From Lama glama (Eukaryota): a stretch of 64,000 bases of DNA. Both the position numbers and the translations under genes were made by a program. The stretch lies in assembly GCA_028534125.1 (NCBI GenBank), contig CM052816.1, positions 61,320,001-61,384,000 on the forward strand, given 5' to 3'. Shown here in pieces: positions 24,040-38,435 of the stretch (position 1 is its first letter; each line of letters opens with the position of its first letter). The notes below the pieces were generated by a model that was not told the DNA's origin, searched no databases, and saw only the letters and a program-made list of their open reading frames with translations.

Positions 24040-24960
24040 TAGTGTTTGTTGAGCAATTACATTGTGCCAGTACTGCACTAATCATTGGAAATAAGTTTCT
24101 AAAAAAAGTCTGTCTTCATGGAATTTATAATCCATCATGGAAGAGAGACAGTTTCAAGGGTGGTAACTGTGTACTTTGTCGGGGAAGTACAAGATGCCCT
24201 GGCAGTGGACATTTCGAATGGCAATAGTTTAGGTGAGGCAGGGAAGGCTTTCTAGAAGCTATGACATCTAAACTGAGACTTGAAGGATTTTAGCCAGGGA
24301 GAAGAGTAGGGTGGGGAGTGAGTTGTCCCAGAGAGGGAAGCATATGTTAAAATGCCTGGCAGGGAGAATTGGCCATACTGTAGACATTTAACTAAGTTCA
24401 CTATGGTTGAAGCTTTGAATAGGGTGGGGCATGGCAAGCAAAGATGTTTGAGTGTTAAGGGCCAAATCATGCAGGATCTTGTTTGCCATGTTAAAGAGTT
24501 TGGACGTTATCTTGGGGGCAGTAATGAGCCATTAAAGAACTGGCATAGGAATAACATAATCAGACTTGCATTAAGAAAGTTTGCTCTTTAATGTAGAAAA
24601 GGAATTGGCAGAGCAACAGAATTGGAAGCAAGGAGACCTATTGGGAGGTTGCTGAAATTATCTGGTTGAGAGACTTGTATGGCCTATAATTCTAGAGTGG
24701 TGAGAATGGAGAGAAGGAGGTGGATCTGAGATTTAAAGGAAGTAGACTAGGTAGGTCTTAGTGACCAATTGATGATACTGATTGGATAGGTAACTTAGAG
24801 GGTGAGGCATGATGCCTAGGTTTTTACCTTGCTCAGCGTGGTGGATGGTGATATCAGACACTAATGGAAAAGAAAGAAGAGTTTGGGGAGGGGAAAATGG
24901 ACCAAGGTAATAAGTTTAATTTGGATGTTGAATTTATTATTTCTGTGAAATAAGGGGAGA
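24040..24960 (-). mobile_element. LINE-2 fragment
   Basis: Typical L2 3' sequence (tttgttgagca...tgtgccag...cagggaaggctt...gccatgttaaagagtttgga); boundaries approximate. Confidence 0.65.
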
Positions 24961-25199
24961 TACCCTCCAGGGAATTAAAGGGTAGGTGGTGTTGGGAAGT
25001 GAGTGTGTCTAACTTTTAAGAAGTTTGGCAGTGAAGAGAAGAAAGGAACTAAAGTGGTAGTGGTAGTTGCTCTTTAAAATTGTGCTATACAGGAGAAAGG
25101 GATCTTTTCAGATGGGAATATAAAACCCTGGGACAGACAAAATGTAGTGTTTTTCTTTGGTAAACGAAAAGTTAAAGCTAAATCATTGGGGAATAATGC

Positions 25200-25420
25200 T
25201 AGAACTGCTTTCTGTCAAATATAGTAGCCATTAGCCTCATATGGCTATTTAAGTTTAAATTATTTAAAAATTCAGTAAATACAAAGTTTAATTCCTCAGT
25301 CTCACTAGTTACTTTCCAAGTACCTTTTAGGTAGTATAGCTAGTGGCTATTATATTGGTCAGCATAGATGTAGAGCATGTCCTTCATCACGGAAAAGTAT
25401 ATTGGACATTGTTGTGCTGG
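25200..25420. mobile_element. hAT-Charlie MITE (MER3-like)
   Basis: tagtagccattagcctcatatggctatttaa ... tagtggctattatattgg ... catcacggaaaagtatattggaca. Confidence 0.65.
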
Positions 25421-25429
25421 AGTGGAAAT

Positions 25430-26530
25430 ATTTTATTTATTCCTTCAGCAAAACATACTAAATGCTAGACACTGTTCTAGCTAAGGAGGCACCACTGTAT
25501 AAGTCAAAAATACCTGCCTTCGCAGAGTTTACATTTTAATGTGGGGGAGAGAGACAACACATAAGTAAAGTACTTATGGCAGAAATATGTTAGGTGCTTT
25601 GGAGAAAAAGAAGGGAAAGGGGGTTGTGCCTTTTTATGTCGTGTTTGAGGACAGTCTCCCTGAGAAGGGCCATTGAGCAAAGACCTAAAGGAGATAAGAA
25701 AGGGAACCATGCCTAATATTTGAGGAAAGAGCATTTCAGGCAGAAAGAAGGCAGCACAAAGGCTTTGAAATTGGAGTGTGCCTGGTGTGCTTAAGAAACT
25801 GTGAGGAGGTTGAGTGTAGCTAAAGTAGAGTGATTGGTGGGGACCATAGCAGGAGTTGAGATTAGAAAGGGCCTTATAGGCACTTGCTCTTCTTTCTGCC
25901 AAGAACGCTCTTCTTCATGATTTCTTCAGATTCCCTCTCTTACATCCTTTGAGTCTTTGCTCAGATGTCTCTGTCTCAGGGAGTCTGTCCTTGAACATCC
26001 TATATAAAGGATTTTGGCATTTACTCTTAGTGGAATGGGAAACCGCTGGGGAGTTTGAGCAAAATAATAATTGTTTTTCTGACTTAACATTGAAAAAGGG
26101 TAAGTTTGGCTTCTGGGTGGAGAATACATTATAGAGAGCAGGAGTAGATGTAGTGAAGACTATAGAAGACTGTTACAGTAATCAAGTGAGAGATGATAGA
26201 GGGTTGGATCACACTGATAGAGGTGGAGAGGCATGATCAGATTCTGGATATATTTTGAAGTCAGCAGAATTTGCTGAAGCACTAAGTTGTGGGATACAAA
26301 AGAGAAGTATTAAGAGTAACTCCAATTTTTTTAGCTTGAACAACCTGAAAGATGGAGTTGCTATTTATCGAGATGGAGGAAGCTAGGTTTGGGGTTGGGA
26401 GAGACTGGAGAGTAGGTATTCCATGTTGCTTGAGATGTTGTTTAAACAGTTGGACGTCCAAAGGCTATGGTTAAGAGGAAAGATCTAGTGTGGAGATACA
26501 AATTTTGGAATTCTTAAGGGTTTAGATGGT
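25430..26530 (-). mobile_element. LINE-2 fragment containing an inverted internal duplication
   Basis: L2-type purine-rich sequence, broken at about 25889-25997 by a reverse-complement copy of 25642-25752. Confidence 0.65.
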
Positions 26531-26604
26531 ATTTCAATTTTCATTATTTCACATATAAAATATTTGTTAAGGTTACAGTTTAAAACTTATTTTTATTTCC
26601 TTAG

Positions 26605-26820
26605 GTACCAGGTACTGCGGAGAATGCCCGATCATGTGTCCGAGCCTATTTTTCTGATCTACATGAAACTCTGTGTCGTCAGGAAGAAATGGCTCTCAGT
26701 GTTGTTGATGCTCATGTTCGAGAAAAACTGATTTGGCTCAGGCAACAGCAAGAAGATATGACTATTTTGCTATCCCAGGTTTCAACAGCCTGTCTCCATT
26801 GTGAAAAAACTTTGCAACAG
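26605..26820 (+). CDS. TRIM23: TRIM23 exon 6 (coiled coil)
   Basis: ccttag|GTA CCA; VPGTAENARSCVRAYF...HCEKTLQQ; CAG|gtaggt. Confidence 0.96.
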
Positions 26821-27744
26821 GTAGGTAGTTTAAACATGTTAGGACGTAGTTTAAGAAAGAGGATTTGTGAGCTTAAGTAGGTAGTTACCAGAGGTACACA
26901 CCAGTCTATTTTATTAATTTAATAAATTTTTTGTATTTATTACTGTATGTTACTGCGGGCATTAACGCTGTGCTTAGGACGTGGTCTCTAACCTCAAATT
27001 GCTGCACTCAGCCAAATCAGTGTCTGCTTCTTCACATGTCCTCCCCACCATAAAACCGTGGGTTGTAGAACCTCTCTAACTTCTTGTCTATTCTTCAGTC
27101 ACGCCAAGCCCTGTGACCCTTCTTTGCCAAGCATGTACTATTCTTTCTGCTTGGTGGGCTTATATCTCCCTTTTCTGACAGGAGAAATCTTTCTTCAAAG
27201 TTTAGTGTGAATGTTTGCTATTCTTTGAAGCTCCTCTTCATTGTTCTTTTTTTTTTTTTGGGCGGGGAGGGGAGTGCCTCTCTAGCATGTACTATATTTC
27301 TGCTCTAATTTAGTGGTTCTTAATTTTGATGTCACACAGCAAAAGTAGGTTTTTTGATGGTTGAAGTAGCATAAGCAATTTGTTACCTAGTTTGCAGATG
27401 TTGTGCTTTTAAAATACATTAGATTTAAGGCTATTCTAACAAAAAGTCAGTCTTGTTACTTTTTTGAATCTGTCTTTATGAGCATGTGATATAAGGCTAA
27501 TTGTTGCCCTGGGAATTTCCAATAAGTTGCAGTCTATCTCATCTTTACTCTGTTATTTCTAATGATTGTGTTGATTTCAAATCATTGTAGAGCTAAACTT
27601 TCTACTATTATAGAGCTTTTCCACTTAAATATCTGATTAGACTTATATGAATGTAGCCAGGCTGTAACCATATCAGTCTTGAGTCCTTTAGTCCTTATCA
27701 CATTGAATTGTAATAATTGATATTTATGCCATTTATTAAGTTAT

Positions 27745-28190
27745 CTTTGAGCCCCAGTCCTATTCTGCCATCCTCTGCTTTGTGATGTTGGGACTGGAAC
27801 TCTACCAATCACATACCTACTTTGCCAGCTGACTCCAGGCTAGTTTAGTGAAGTAGAGGGAGGCTGGAAGGTGGGAGACAGTTTCCTGTGTCTGCTTGAA
27901 GTTCTTGTGGATGTCACTGCTCACACAAAGACCGCTTTTCTTAGAGAACAGACTTTCAGCTCAACGTGTCCCTCCTGTAAGTTTCTAAGTTTTAATAATT
28001 CTAGCATCTCTACTTTTTCCCCTTCTCCCTGAGGGTGGTAGCTGTTTCCTCCACAATACCTCAGAATTCTTTTTACGCTTTCTGTTACCTAGTTAATAAC
28101 TACACCTAATTAACAGGTCTTCATATTAATTTTTTTTTTTGTTCATGTTACTGGTGTGTTTTTTGTCTCCTCACTTGAACCTAATGATAT
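27745..28190 (+). mobile_element. Old ERVL-type solo LTR (family uncertain)
   Basis: Ends with ctggtgtgttttttgtctcctcacttgaacctaatgata, typical of ERVL LTR 3' ends; boundaries approximate. Confidence 0.4.
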
Positions 28191-28749
28191 AATATACACA
28201 TTTGTCCCTCTGATTGTTGATAGGATATATCTTTGTATCTCTAAATTCTTTGTATCTGGATAGAAAGAGCTTCATACTTGTTCGGCTCATGATGAATTAT
28301 CAAGCTATACAGCAAAATCAGAAATGGATCATGTCCTAAATCATACTTATGTGAATATTTCAAAGTATTTTTATATTTATTTTATTAAAAAGTATGTTCA
28401 TAGTTACTGAAACATTTAGAAGTATTATTAAGAGTTTCTGAAGCATTTTGTCAGAGTGAACAATAATTAATGACATGGTATTATCTCACTATGTTAATGC
28501 AGATGAAATTGGGATCTTGGATTCATACAGACCTGTTAGTTTTGTTCTGATTTATGGTCACAGGACTCTAACCTCAACCAATAATCCTTAAAGTTCCTGG
28601 TACAGGGACAATTGAATGGCTGTAATATCACATGTTTATTACCAATTTTGAGGACAAAACTTAATCATCCTTCCCTCTTCTCCAAAAAAAAAAAAAAAAA
28701 AAGAAGATATATCATCCAAGTTCAAGGTGTGATGCTGAATGGTTAGGAT

Positions 28750-29620
28750 TTGTTTATTTATTTAGCAAGTATTTGTTGAGGGTCTACTACGTGCTATGTA
28801 TAGTCTGGGTACACAGAATATGTCAGTAAACAAAACAAGCCAAAATCCATAATCTTGTGGAATTAACATCCTAGCAAGAAGACAATGAGCCATAACCATA
28901 TCTAAATAAGTTAATTATATAGTGTGTTAAAAAGTGATAAGAGCTAAGGGAAAACACAAAGTGTGGGGATACTGCAGATTGCATTTTTAAATAGTCAGGG
29001 TAAGCATCATTTAGAGAAGGTGAGATTTGAGCAGAGACTCAAAGGAGAAGAAAGTGAAGGAACTGGTTCAAGCCCTATTGGAGGGAAGAAGATTTCAGCT
29101 GAGGAAATGGTTAAAGCAGAAACCCTAGAGTGACATGCCTGGTGTGTTTGAGGAACTGCAAAAGAGGGCCCTGTGGCTGGAATAGAGTAAGCGGCGGAGA
29201 GAGTAATAGGAGCTGATATTAGAGGTAACAGGGAGTATATGTAAGGAGGGCCTTGTGGGTAATTGGAAGGACTTCAGCTTTTACTGATTGAAATGGGGAG
29301 ACCATTCTGGGGTTTTGAGCATAAAAATTATTTGGTTTTACTTAAAAGAATCACCCTGGCTGATGTGTAAAAAATACATTGAAGTAAGGCAGAGATGGAA
29401 GGAAGGAGTTCAACAGCGAGGAGACTACTGTAGATTCCAAGTAAGAGAGAATAGTAGCTTGGATAGTCGGGGCTAGAAGTGCCCAAATTCTGAATATCCA
29501 AGAGGATTTGTTGACAGATTGTGTGTGAGGCATAAGGGAGGAGAGGGCAAGAATGACTTCAAAGTTTTTGTTCTGAGCTATTCAAACAACTGAATTGCTG
29601 TCAACGAATGTGAATATGCA
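28750..29620 (-). mobile_element. LINE-2 fragment
   Basis: gcaagtatttgttgag...gagaaggtgagatttgagcagagact...gaatgacttcaaagtttttg. Confidence 0.65.
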
Positions 29621-30400
29621 ATAGTGAGCAAAAACTGAACACCACTTCTCTCATGGAGCTTACATATTGCTGGGAGGTCTCTGTCTTATGATGAATGCAT
29701 TAGTATAGAATATCTCTGGAGTAATATTTGAGAAACTGGAAAGTGCTTGACTTTGAGGAGAGGGAGACATCACAGTTTAACCTTTAGTCCTTTTTTTTTA
29801 AATCCAATACATGTATATCTTAAATTATTTAGGAAACTTTTCATAGAAATACAACATATACATATAGAAATACGTGCATAAGTGTTCAGCCAGCCAAATT
29901 TTCAGACCGGACATTACTGTGTAATCAGTGTCCAGATTAAGTTACAGAACATTTCCTGCATTCCAAACCCTTCAGACACCCTTCTAGTAACTATCTGTCT
30001 TTCCTCCTAAGGATAAACCACTGTCCTGATTCTAATGCATACTTTGTTTTTGCCTGTTTTGGTTATTAATATAAATGGAATCATACAGTTCAAACTCTTC
30101 ATGTCATTTCTTTTTTTACTCTACATTATGTTTGTGAAATTCTTTCATCACATGTAATTGTGGTTCATTCTCATTGTAGTAGTGTTGCATTTGTGAATAC
30201 ACCACAATTTATTTATCCATTCTTTTGATGGGCTCTTAAATCATTTATTAATGCCTGGTTATTATTATCTTAGTGAAATTTACATATAAGTTAACTCTGA
30301 ATACTGTAATGTTGAATGAGTTTTCTTGAGTTTTGGTGATATCTCTTTTTCTTGTCTGTCTTTAAAAAATTTACAAGACATACTGTCTTCTCTTTTCTAG

Positions 30401-30535
30401 GATGATTGTAGAGTTGTCTTGGCAAAACAAGAAATTACAAGATTACTGGAAACATTGCAGAAGCAGCAGCAGCAGTTTACAGAGGTTGCAGATCACATTC
30501 AGTTGGATGCCAGCATCCCTGTCACTTTTACAAAG
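30401..30535 (+). CDS. TRIM23: TRIM23 exon 7
   Basis: ttctag|GAT GAT; DDCRVVLAKQEITRLLETLQKQQQQFTEVADHIQLDASIPVTFTK; AAG|gtaat. Confidence 0.96.
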
Positions 30536-30789
30536 GTAATATACTGTACTTCATTTTTAGGTGTGTTTTCTGACAAATAATATTTGTTTTACATTCCATG
30601 ATAATCTGCTTGAAGAGACAACTAAGAAATTAATGAACCATAGATTAAAAAAAAACTATCAGAGGAAAATAGAAAGTGGTGTAAGAAGTTCCCTGTACTC
30701 ATCACCCACTTTAACAGTTAAAAACTTTTTATTTCATCTGCTCTTTCCCTCAGTCTCTGTCTACCTGCAGCCTCCCAGGTTGCTTTTTT

Positions 30790-30965
30790 TTTTTCAGATT
30801 TTAAAAACTTTTATTTTTTTTAATTTTTATTTTAATTTTTTTAACATTTTTTATTGAGTTATAATCATTTTACAATGTTGTGTCAAATTCCAGTGTAGAG
30901 CACCATTTTTCAGTTATACATGAACATACATACATTCATTGTCACATTCTCTTTCACTGTGAGCC
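30790..30965 (-). mobile_element. Young L1 3' end (same family as 1812 and 5944) with T-rich tail
   Basis: ttaacattttttattgagttataatcattttacaatgttgtgtcaaattccagtgt is the reverse complement of the same tail. Confidence 0.8.
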
Positions 30966-31689
30966 ATTCTCAGGTTGTTTTAACAGATTCTGACATTTTT
31001 CATCCTAACATCGTATCATTCCATCTATGTAATATTTTTGTGTGTATTTCTAAAAGGTAAGTTCTCTTTTTAAATGCACAACCAGAATACTATTATCACA
31101 CCTAAAAATTTTAATAATACATCTCTATTATTTTCTGTTATCCAGTTAATATTTAAATTTCCCAGATTGTTAAAAAAATATTTTTTAGGTTTTTTTTTTT
31201 TTTCTTTTGAGACAGAATCCACACAAGGTATGTATTTGGCATTTTGGTTGATATATTTTGGTCTCATAAAGTGGATTCTCCCTAATCTAAAAAGGCATAT
31301 GTTTTCCATTTTGCTTTCTATTTTTAGGGACTGATTTTTTTAGATTTTAATCTTGTTTTATAATTATGTGAAACGTTTACATGATCCAGAGTCAAATCTA
31401 CAAAGCAAGGTTCATTCAGAGAAGTCTAACTTCTCTTCCTGCTGCCTCCTACCTTTTCCTTCCTTCTCCAAAGAAAATCATTAAGAATTTTTCTTAGTTT
31501 TATTCATCATTTAAAAAAAATAGAAAAATCTATTTGTATGCACACTCCCCACATTTAAAGGTAGAATACCTTACACACTTCTTCACCTTGCACTTTTCAC
31601 TTGGCTGTTCATCCCATAGCAGTATACAGTGACGTTGTCTGTTCCTTTTTACAGCTGCAAGCTGCTTTATTGTGAGGATGTACCACATT

Positions 31690-32850
31690 TGTTTTTATTG
31701 TGGAAAAAACACATAATATAAAATTTACTATCTCAACCATTTTTAAGTATATAGTTTAGTATCGTTAAGTATATTCACATCATGTGAAACAGCTCCAGAA
31801 ATTTTTCATCTTGAAAAACTGAAACTATACCTTATAAACAATAAGTCTCCTGTTCTCCCCCTTCTCATCAGTGCCTATAATTACCATTATACTTTCTGTT
31901 TCTTTGAATTTGACTTCTCTAAATTTCTCATATAAGTGGAATCGTATAGTTTTTTTCTTTTTGTGACTGGCTTATTTCATTTAGCATAATGTCCTAAAAG
32001 TTCATGCATGTTGTAGCATGTGACAGAATTTCCTTCCATTTTCAGTTTAAATAATATGCCATTGCTCGTTTATGAACATTCTGTTTTTCCATTCATCTAT
32101 TGGTGGTTATTTGGCTTACTGCTACCTCTTGGCTATTGTGAATAGTGCTGCTGTGAACATGGGTGTACACATACCTCTTTGAAACTTTACTTGTAATTCT
32201 TTTGGATAAATACCCAGAAGTGGGATTATTGGCTCATATGGTAGTTCTATTTTTGATTTTCTGAGGAATTGCCATACTGTTTTCCATAGTGGTTGCATCA
32301 TATCATATAAATCCCACCAACTGTGCACAAGGGTTCCACTTTTTCCACATTTTCATCATTACTTGTTATATTCTGTTTGCTTTGTTTTTGATAGTAGCCA
32401 TCCTAATGGGTGTAAGGTGGTTTTGATTTGCATTTCTCCGATGATTAGTGATGTTGAGCATCTTTTCATGTACTTCTTGGTAAGTTCTTCAGAGAACTTT
32501 GTACATGTCCTTTGCTTGTTTTTTAATTGAGTTATTTTATTTTTTGTTGTTGAGTTGTAGGAGTTCTTTGTGTATTTTGGATATGAATCCATTATCGGAC
32601 ATATGATTTGCATATATTTTCTCCCATTCTTTAGGTTGTTTCTTCACTCTGTTGATTGTGTCTTTTGAGTCACAGAAGTTTTTAGGATTGATTTAATTCC
32701 ATTTGTCTATTTTTGCTTTTGTTGACTGTGCTTTTGATATGATATCTAAGAAATCATTTCCAAATCCAATGTCATGAAGCTTTTCTGCTGTTTTTTCTAG
32801 GAGTTTTATAGGTTTGGCTCTTACATTTAGGGCTTTAATCCATTTATTTA
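31690..32850 (-). mobile_element. L1 ORF2 C-terminus plus 3'UTR, degenerate
   Basis: ORF fragments QPLWKTVWQFL...LPYEPIIPLLGIYPKE...CTPMFTAALFTIAK and KKYMKRCSTSLII...MQIKTT. Confidence 0.9.
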
Positions 32851-35170
32851 TAATCCAAATATTTGTAATTTTTATATATTCTTTCTAAATTTACCCTCTT
32901 ATCATTATATAATGACTATCTTTGTCTTTTATAACAGTTTCTGACTTAAAACCTATTTTGTCTGATATTACAGTAGCTACCCTTGCACTCTTTTGGGTGT
33001 GATTTGTATCCCAAAAGATCTGCATCTTTTTCCATCCTTTCACTTTCAGACAATGTGTCCTTAGATATAATTTGAATCTTTTGTAGACAGCATATTGTTG
33101 GATCTTGTTTTTTTAATCCATTTATTCAGACTAGGTCTTTTGAGTTGTGAGTTAAGTCTAATTATATTTAAAGTAATTATTGACAGGTAAAGACTTACTA
33201 TTGCCATTTTATTCATTGTTTTCTATATAACTTGATAGTTTTGTTTGTTTGTTTCTCCTTTCCTCGGTCATTGCCTTCTTTTGTGTTTTATTTACCTTTT
33301 TGTAGTGTCATGGTTTGATTCCCTTCTCATTTCCTTTTGTGTATATTCTATGGATTTTTTTGCTTGTGTGTTTACTATTGCTATTACATAAAACATCTTA
33401 GTTATAACATTGTATTTTAAATAACAATTTAACTTCAGTTGCATTCAGAAAGTCTACTCCTTTACAGTTCTACCCCTGTATTTTGTTACTGATGTCACAA
33501 ATTAGGTCTTTATATATTGTATACCTATTAACACAGGCTTCTAGTTTTTTAAAAAATGTTTTTATTTCAATTCTATGAAGAATTAAATTTATGCACCCAA
33601 ATTATAATAATACAGGTTGCTATTTGTCCATGTAGTTTTCATTACCATTTTAAATTTTCTTCATGTTGCTGTCTAGTGTCTTCATTTCAACTTGAAGGAC
33701 CCCTTTAGCATTTCTTATAGAGCACATCTAGGGGTAATGGCTCCTTCAGCTTTTGTTTTTCTGGGAGAGTCTTGATTTTCCTTCACTTTTGAAGGACTTA
33801 TGCCATATATAGCATTCTTGGTTGACACCTTCTTTCTTTCAGCACTTTGAATATATCATTCCCACCCCTGAGAAATCTGCTGATAATCTTATGGAAGCCC
33901 CCTTATATGTGATGAGTCACTTTTCTCTTTCTGCTTTTGAGATTCTGTCTTGACAGTTTGATGATAATGTCTCAGTAGGAGTCCCTTTGGGTTTATCCTA
34001 GTTGGAATACATTGAGCTTCTAGAATTTTGTGTCCATTTTCTTTCCACAGATTGGTAAGCTCTCAGCCATTATATCTTCAAGTAATTTCTCTCTGCCTCT
34101 TTATTTCTGTATTCTCCTTCTGGGACTCCCATTCCTGGAAGTCTCTTAGGGAGCTTCACTTTTCTTCACTCTTTTCTTTTTCTTCCTCTAACTCGATGAG
34201 TTCAAATGACTTGTCTTTGAGTTGCTTATTCTTTTCTTCTGCCTGATGAAGTCTACTGTTGAAACTCTTTAGTGAACTTTTCAGTGCAATTATTTTATTT
34301 TCACACACAGATTTTGTTTTTTTTAAGTTTCCATCTCTTAGTTGACATTCTTATTTTGTCTATTCAAAGTTTTCCTATTTTGTTTATTTATTTGTGTTTC
34401 TTTTAGCTCACTGAACATCTCTGTGACAGGTTTTCAAATTCTTTGTCCAGCAGTTCATAGATAGGAATTTGTTGAGTGTCAGTTACTTGAAGTTTATTTT
34501 GTTCCTTTGATTGGGCTCTTTTTCCCATGATTCTTGGTATGCCTTTTGATCTTTTGTTGAGATTTGGGCTTTTGAAAAAACCACTGCCTCCCCCAGTCTC
34601 TATGGGCTGTCTTCGTGCCTGGGAAGCCTTTCATCTATAAGCCCAGCTAGAGATTCTAAGACTTCCCAAAACTCTTCTGGGGAGATGCCTTTGAGCTTGT
34701 GTGTGCTGCTTTTACCTCAGGTTCCCTGCTCAACTTGCCCCTGTCTTCTCAGAAGCCAGTAATCTCTTGCTTCCTCTGGTGTTTCCCCAGGGAACTACAG
34801 CTCTAACATGCCATGTCTTTGCCTCTGTTTCCAGTGGCTTCTGAACTATATCACCAATACTAAGAGGTCCAAATCTGGTGAAACCGAAACTAGTGTCTAA
34901 GGCCGCCCCCAGATAAGCCAGAACACTGGGCGCTCAGGCCGCTCTCTCTGTTTCTGTCCGGAGGAAGGAGCCTGGTATGAGAGTTTTCCTCACTGTCACA
35001 CCATGCTATGCCAGGTAGGGGGAGGGCCACAGATGGGTGTGTAGAATTCGGTGAATTTTCCTAACCCTTTTGGTGGAATCCCTCCTTGGTTTTATGGCCT
35101 GGGTGCTGCAGCTTCTCAACTGGTCTCTAGAGTTCTCACAAAGGTATTCTGATCCACATATTGTTTCTGA
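32850..35170 (-). mobile_element. Old L1 5' region (endonuclease/ORF1/5'UTR-like), degenerate
   Basis: T-rich plus strand with L1M-like motifs (aaaacctattttgtctgatatta, gtagacagcatattgttggatcttg, tctttcagcactttgaatatatcattcc); boundaries approximate. Confidence 0.65.
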
Positions 35171-36289
35171 ACAATATGTATTTCTGAAGCTTAGGACTGG
35201 ACTGAATTGTAGATTTGGGAATCGGCATCATATAGATGGTAATTCAAGTGCGTGGAGCAAAGGAAAACATGTAGAATGAGAAGGAGGCCTCATATAGACT
35301 CTGCAGAATGCCAACATTAAAGAGGTGGATCAAAGGAAAATAACAGGGAGCATCCATAAAGGTGAGATGAAAACCAGAAAAATTTGTATCACCAAAGTCA
35401 AGAAAAGAGTGGTCAAATGAGGAAGGAGAATAATTTCTGACACTTAAATAGCAGTTACCATATCCCAGGGACTGTTGTGAGGATTTTTAGAAATCTTATA
35501 AAAAATTAATCCTTGCAGAAATCCTATGTAAGTTAGGTACTATTTTTATCCTCGTTTTATAGGTGAGAAAAGTGAGACAGGTCATGCAGCTAGCAATATA
35601 TACAAGTATGTTCATTGCAGCATTGTTTATAATATCAAAAAATCAGACATGACCTAATATGTATCAGTTGGAGACTGGTTAAATTGTGGTTCATGGAACA
35701 TAATGAAGCAGTTGAAAGAAAAAGGTAAGTCTGTATGTTTTGAAATGAAAGGACTCCATAATGTACTATTGAGTGTAAAAAGTTAGTCTCAGTGTAATGA
35801 GGGTTTTTTTTTTTTTTCAGTATATTTTTGTATGTCAACCAGTGTGTGCACAGGGAAGTGTCATGGAAGTGTCATGAAATTGTTAACAGTGGATATTTAT
35901 GGGAAGTGAGCATCTCTTTTCATTTTTAATTAATATATTTAGCACAGCATAAAAAATCTTAAAGAAGATTCAGTTTAGCTATAAAATCTGGGAAAATTAA
36001 GTGGGTGAGTGTATTTTTTTAACTTACATAAAAATGAAGTACGTAGTCAGTTTTCCTAAGCTGAGATTTAGCAAAGCAATAAGGAATGATTCATCTTTCT
36101 AAGAAGATCAAGGGTATTTTATTTTATTTCTAAAGGTATTTTAATAGGGAAATTCAACTCAGATTTTAATGGGTTAAGGAATGAATAGGAGACAAATAAT
36201 TTAAGATATTTTGTAAACAAAAGTATTAGTGCTGATACTTTCTAACTCCCTGTCAAAATAAAAAGATTAAAATTTTTTTTAAATTATAG

Positions 36290-36419
36290 GACAATAGAGT
36301 TCACATTGGACCAAAAATGGAAATTCGAGTTGTCACGCTAGGATTAGATGGTGCTGGAAAAACTACTATTTTGTTTAAATTAAAACAGGATGAGTTCATG
36401 CAGCCTATTCCAACAATTG
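36290..36419 (+). CDS. TRIM23: TRIM23 exon 8 (ARF P-loop)
   Basis: tatag|[50 protein letters not shown]|gtaagt. Confidence 0.97.
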
Positions 36420-36924
36420 GTAAGTATGAATATTGCTTTTTACCTTAATGGACATTTTACAGACAAACCCTAGCTTACAGCTAAGTTCTTGGGAGTCTTA
36501 TTTCATGCCAGTGTGGTGGGGAGATAGGCTCTTAAGACAGCAGCATTTCAGAGAAAAAAATGCAAGATTCGTGGCTGTGGGATGAAATGTGGCTGGTGGG
36601 ATAGTTAGAAGGAGCAAAACATTGGTTGATGGGATAGTTGGAAGAAATAAAGGATTGGTGACTCTGGCTGAGGTTTAAGGGTGAGGAGGTGGTAGTGGTA
36701 CAGAGATGACATTTGGGTGCTCAAGGTCCTAAGGACTCTGATGGTTTAGAGGGCTAACCCTGGTTACAGGTATATGTTTCCCTATGTATGTTTATTAGGA
36801 GTGGAATCAGTTGGGCAGCAGTAGATACTGCTGTATGAAAATAATTTGTAAGTCACATTTATAAATGGGGTTGCCTGTGTTTGGTGTGTCACTTATTATA
36901 AATATACATTCAGTATTAAAGTAA

Positions 36925-37074
<150 letters not shown>

Positions 37075-38310
37075 TAATTTTTCACATTATTAGGATGCCA
37101 GTTTTCAGTAGTTTGGCTTATAAAGCTGATATTCTAGCATTGATTAAATATATGACTATACTTTTAAATATAAAAAAACTATACTTTTAAAAATTGGTAG
37201 CGAGCCCCACATTATTAGGAAAATTAAGGTGGAAATCCTGGATATGTACTCTGGTTTATTTCATGAAAAATTATAGCATTAAGGTAGTATTTAAACTATA
37301 TATGTAGGCAGTTAACAGTATTTACCTCTTGTTGCTCTTAACACCTAAAGTATGTTATTACTGTTCATATGATTGATCGCTGGCAATATTGTGGTGTAGG
37401 GTAGAATTTGTGGTGTATAATTCTGTTTAATTCAGTTCAGTGCAACATTTATCTGATTATAATCTCTCAATAGCTCCACTTCTTCATTTCTATTCACAAT
37501 TACTTGCTACCTGCAGAAGAACCTATAGTAGTTTGCTTTTGACCAAACTTTGTTATATCACATATATTCCACCTAGCATTTATTCACATTTGGGCTCCAT
37601 TCTACACCTTGCTTCCTTTATGCCAACGCAAATGTTATGTTCATGCTGCCTGTTCCATATGTCATCCTGTTTTCTACCTAGAAGAAAGACTAGATAATTT
37701 TTACTTTGGGATTTTTTATACTAAGTTTAATATGAGCCAGTGATTAAGGGGGAAAAATGAAATTTTGACCATAAGGAATGCTTGAAAAGTCTGGGATGTT
37801 TAGCTACAATAAGGTAGCTGGAAAGATTTCAAAACAAAATTAATTCAGTAGATATTTATGAAGTTTCTGCTGGTATTTTGAGTACAGTCTATGGAAAATG
37901 CTGTACTAGACACCTAGAGAGAACACTCTGGAGAGATACAGATGGTGATCTATTTGTTTTTAAAAGACTATTTTTTGGTAAAGGCAGTAGTAATTGAAGA
38001 AGTAGCACCCACAGGTAGATCATGAGAACTACATTTTCATTTATTAAGAGAAAAATATTCACACAGCAATATGTGTTTGGTAGAGCAAGTGTTGTAAATA
38101 TTGTTATTGATGGGGAAACAAAATTTGAAAGTTACGTGAACTCTTTGAGATCATATTATTTCTAGGTGATCCTATAATAATAGGCAGCCTTTCTGTGAAA
38201 ATAATGATGGTAGACTAACCATAATATAGTAATTAGAACATTAAAATATTTAGTCCATTCACTGAAACTTAGTAAGTGACTGAATATTTTTGTTGTCTTT
38301 TTTTTGGTAG

Positions 38311-38435
38311 CTGTTGTATTTGTTGTTGACAGCAGTCACAGAGACAGAGTTAGTGAAGCACACAGTGAACTTGCAAAGTTGTTAACGGAAAAAGAACTCC
38401 GAGATGCTTTGCTCCTGATTTTTGCTAACAAACAG
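38311..38435 (+). CDS. TRIM23: TRIM23 exon 10
   Basis: ggtag|[49 protein letters not shown]|gtaac. Confidence 0.96.
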
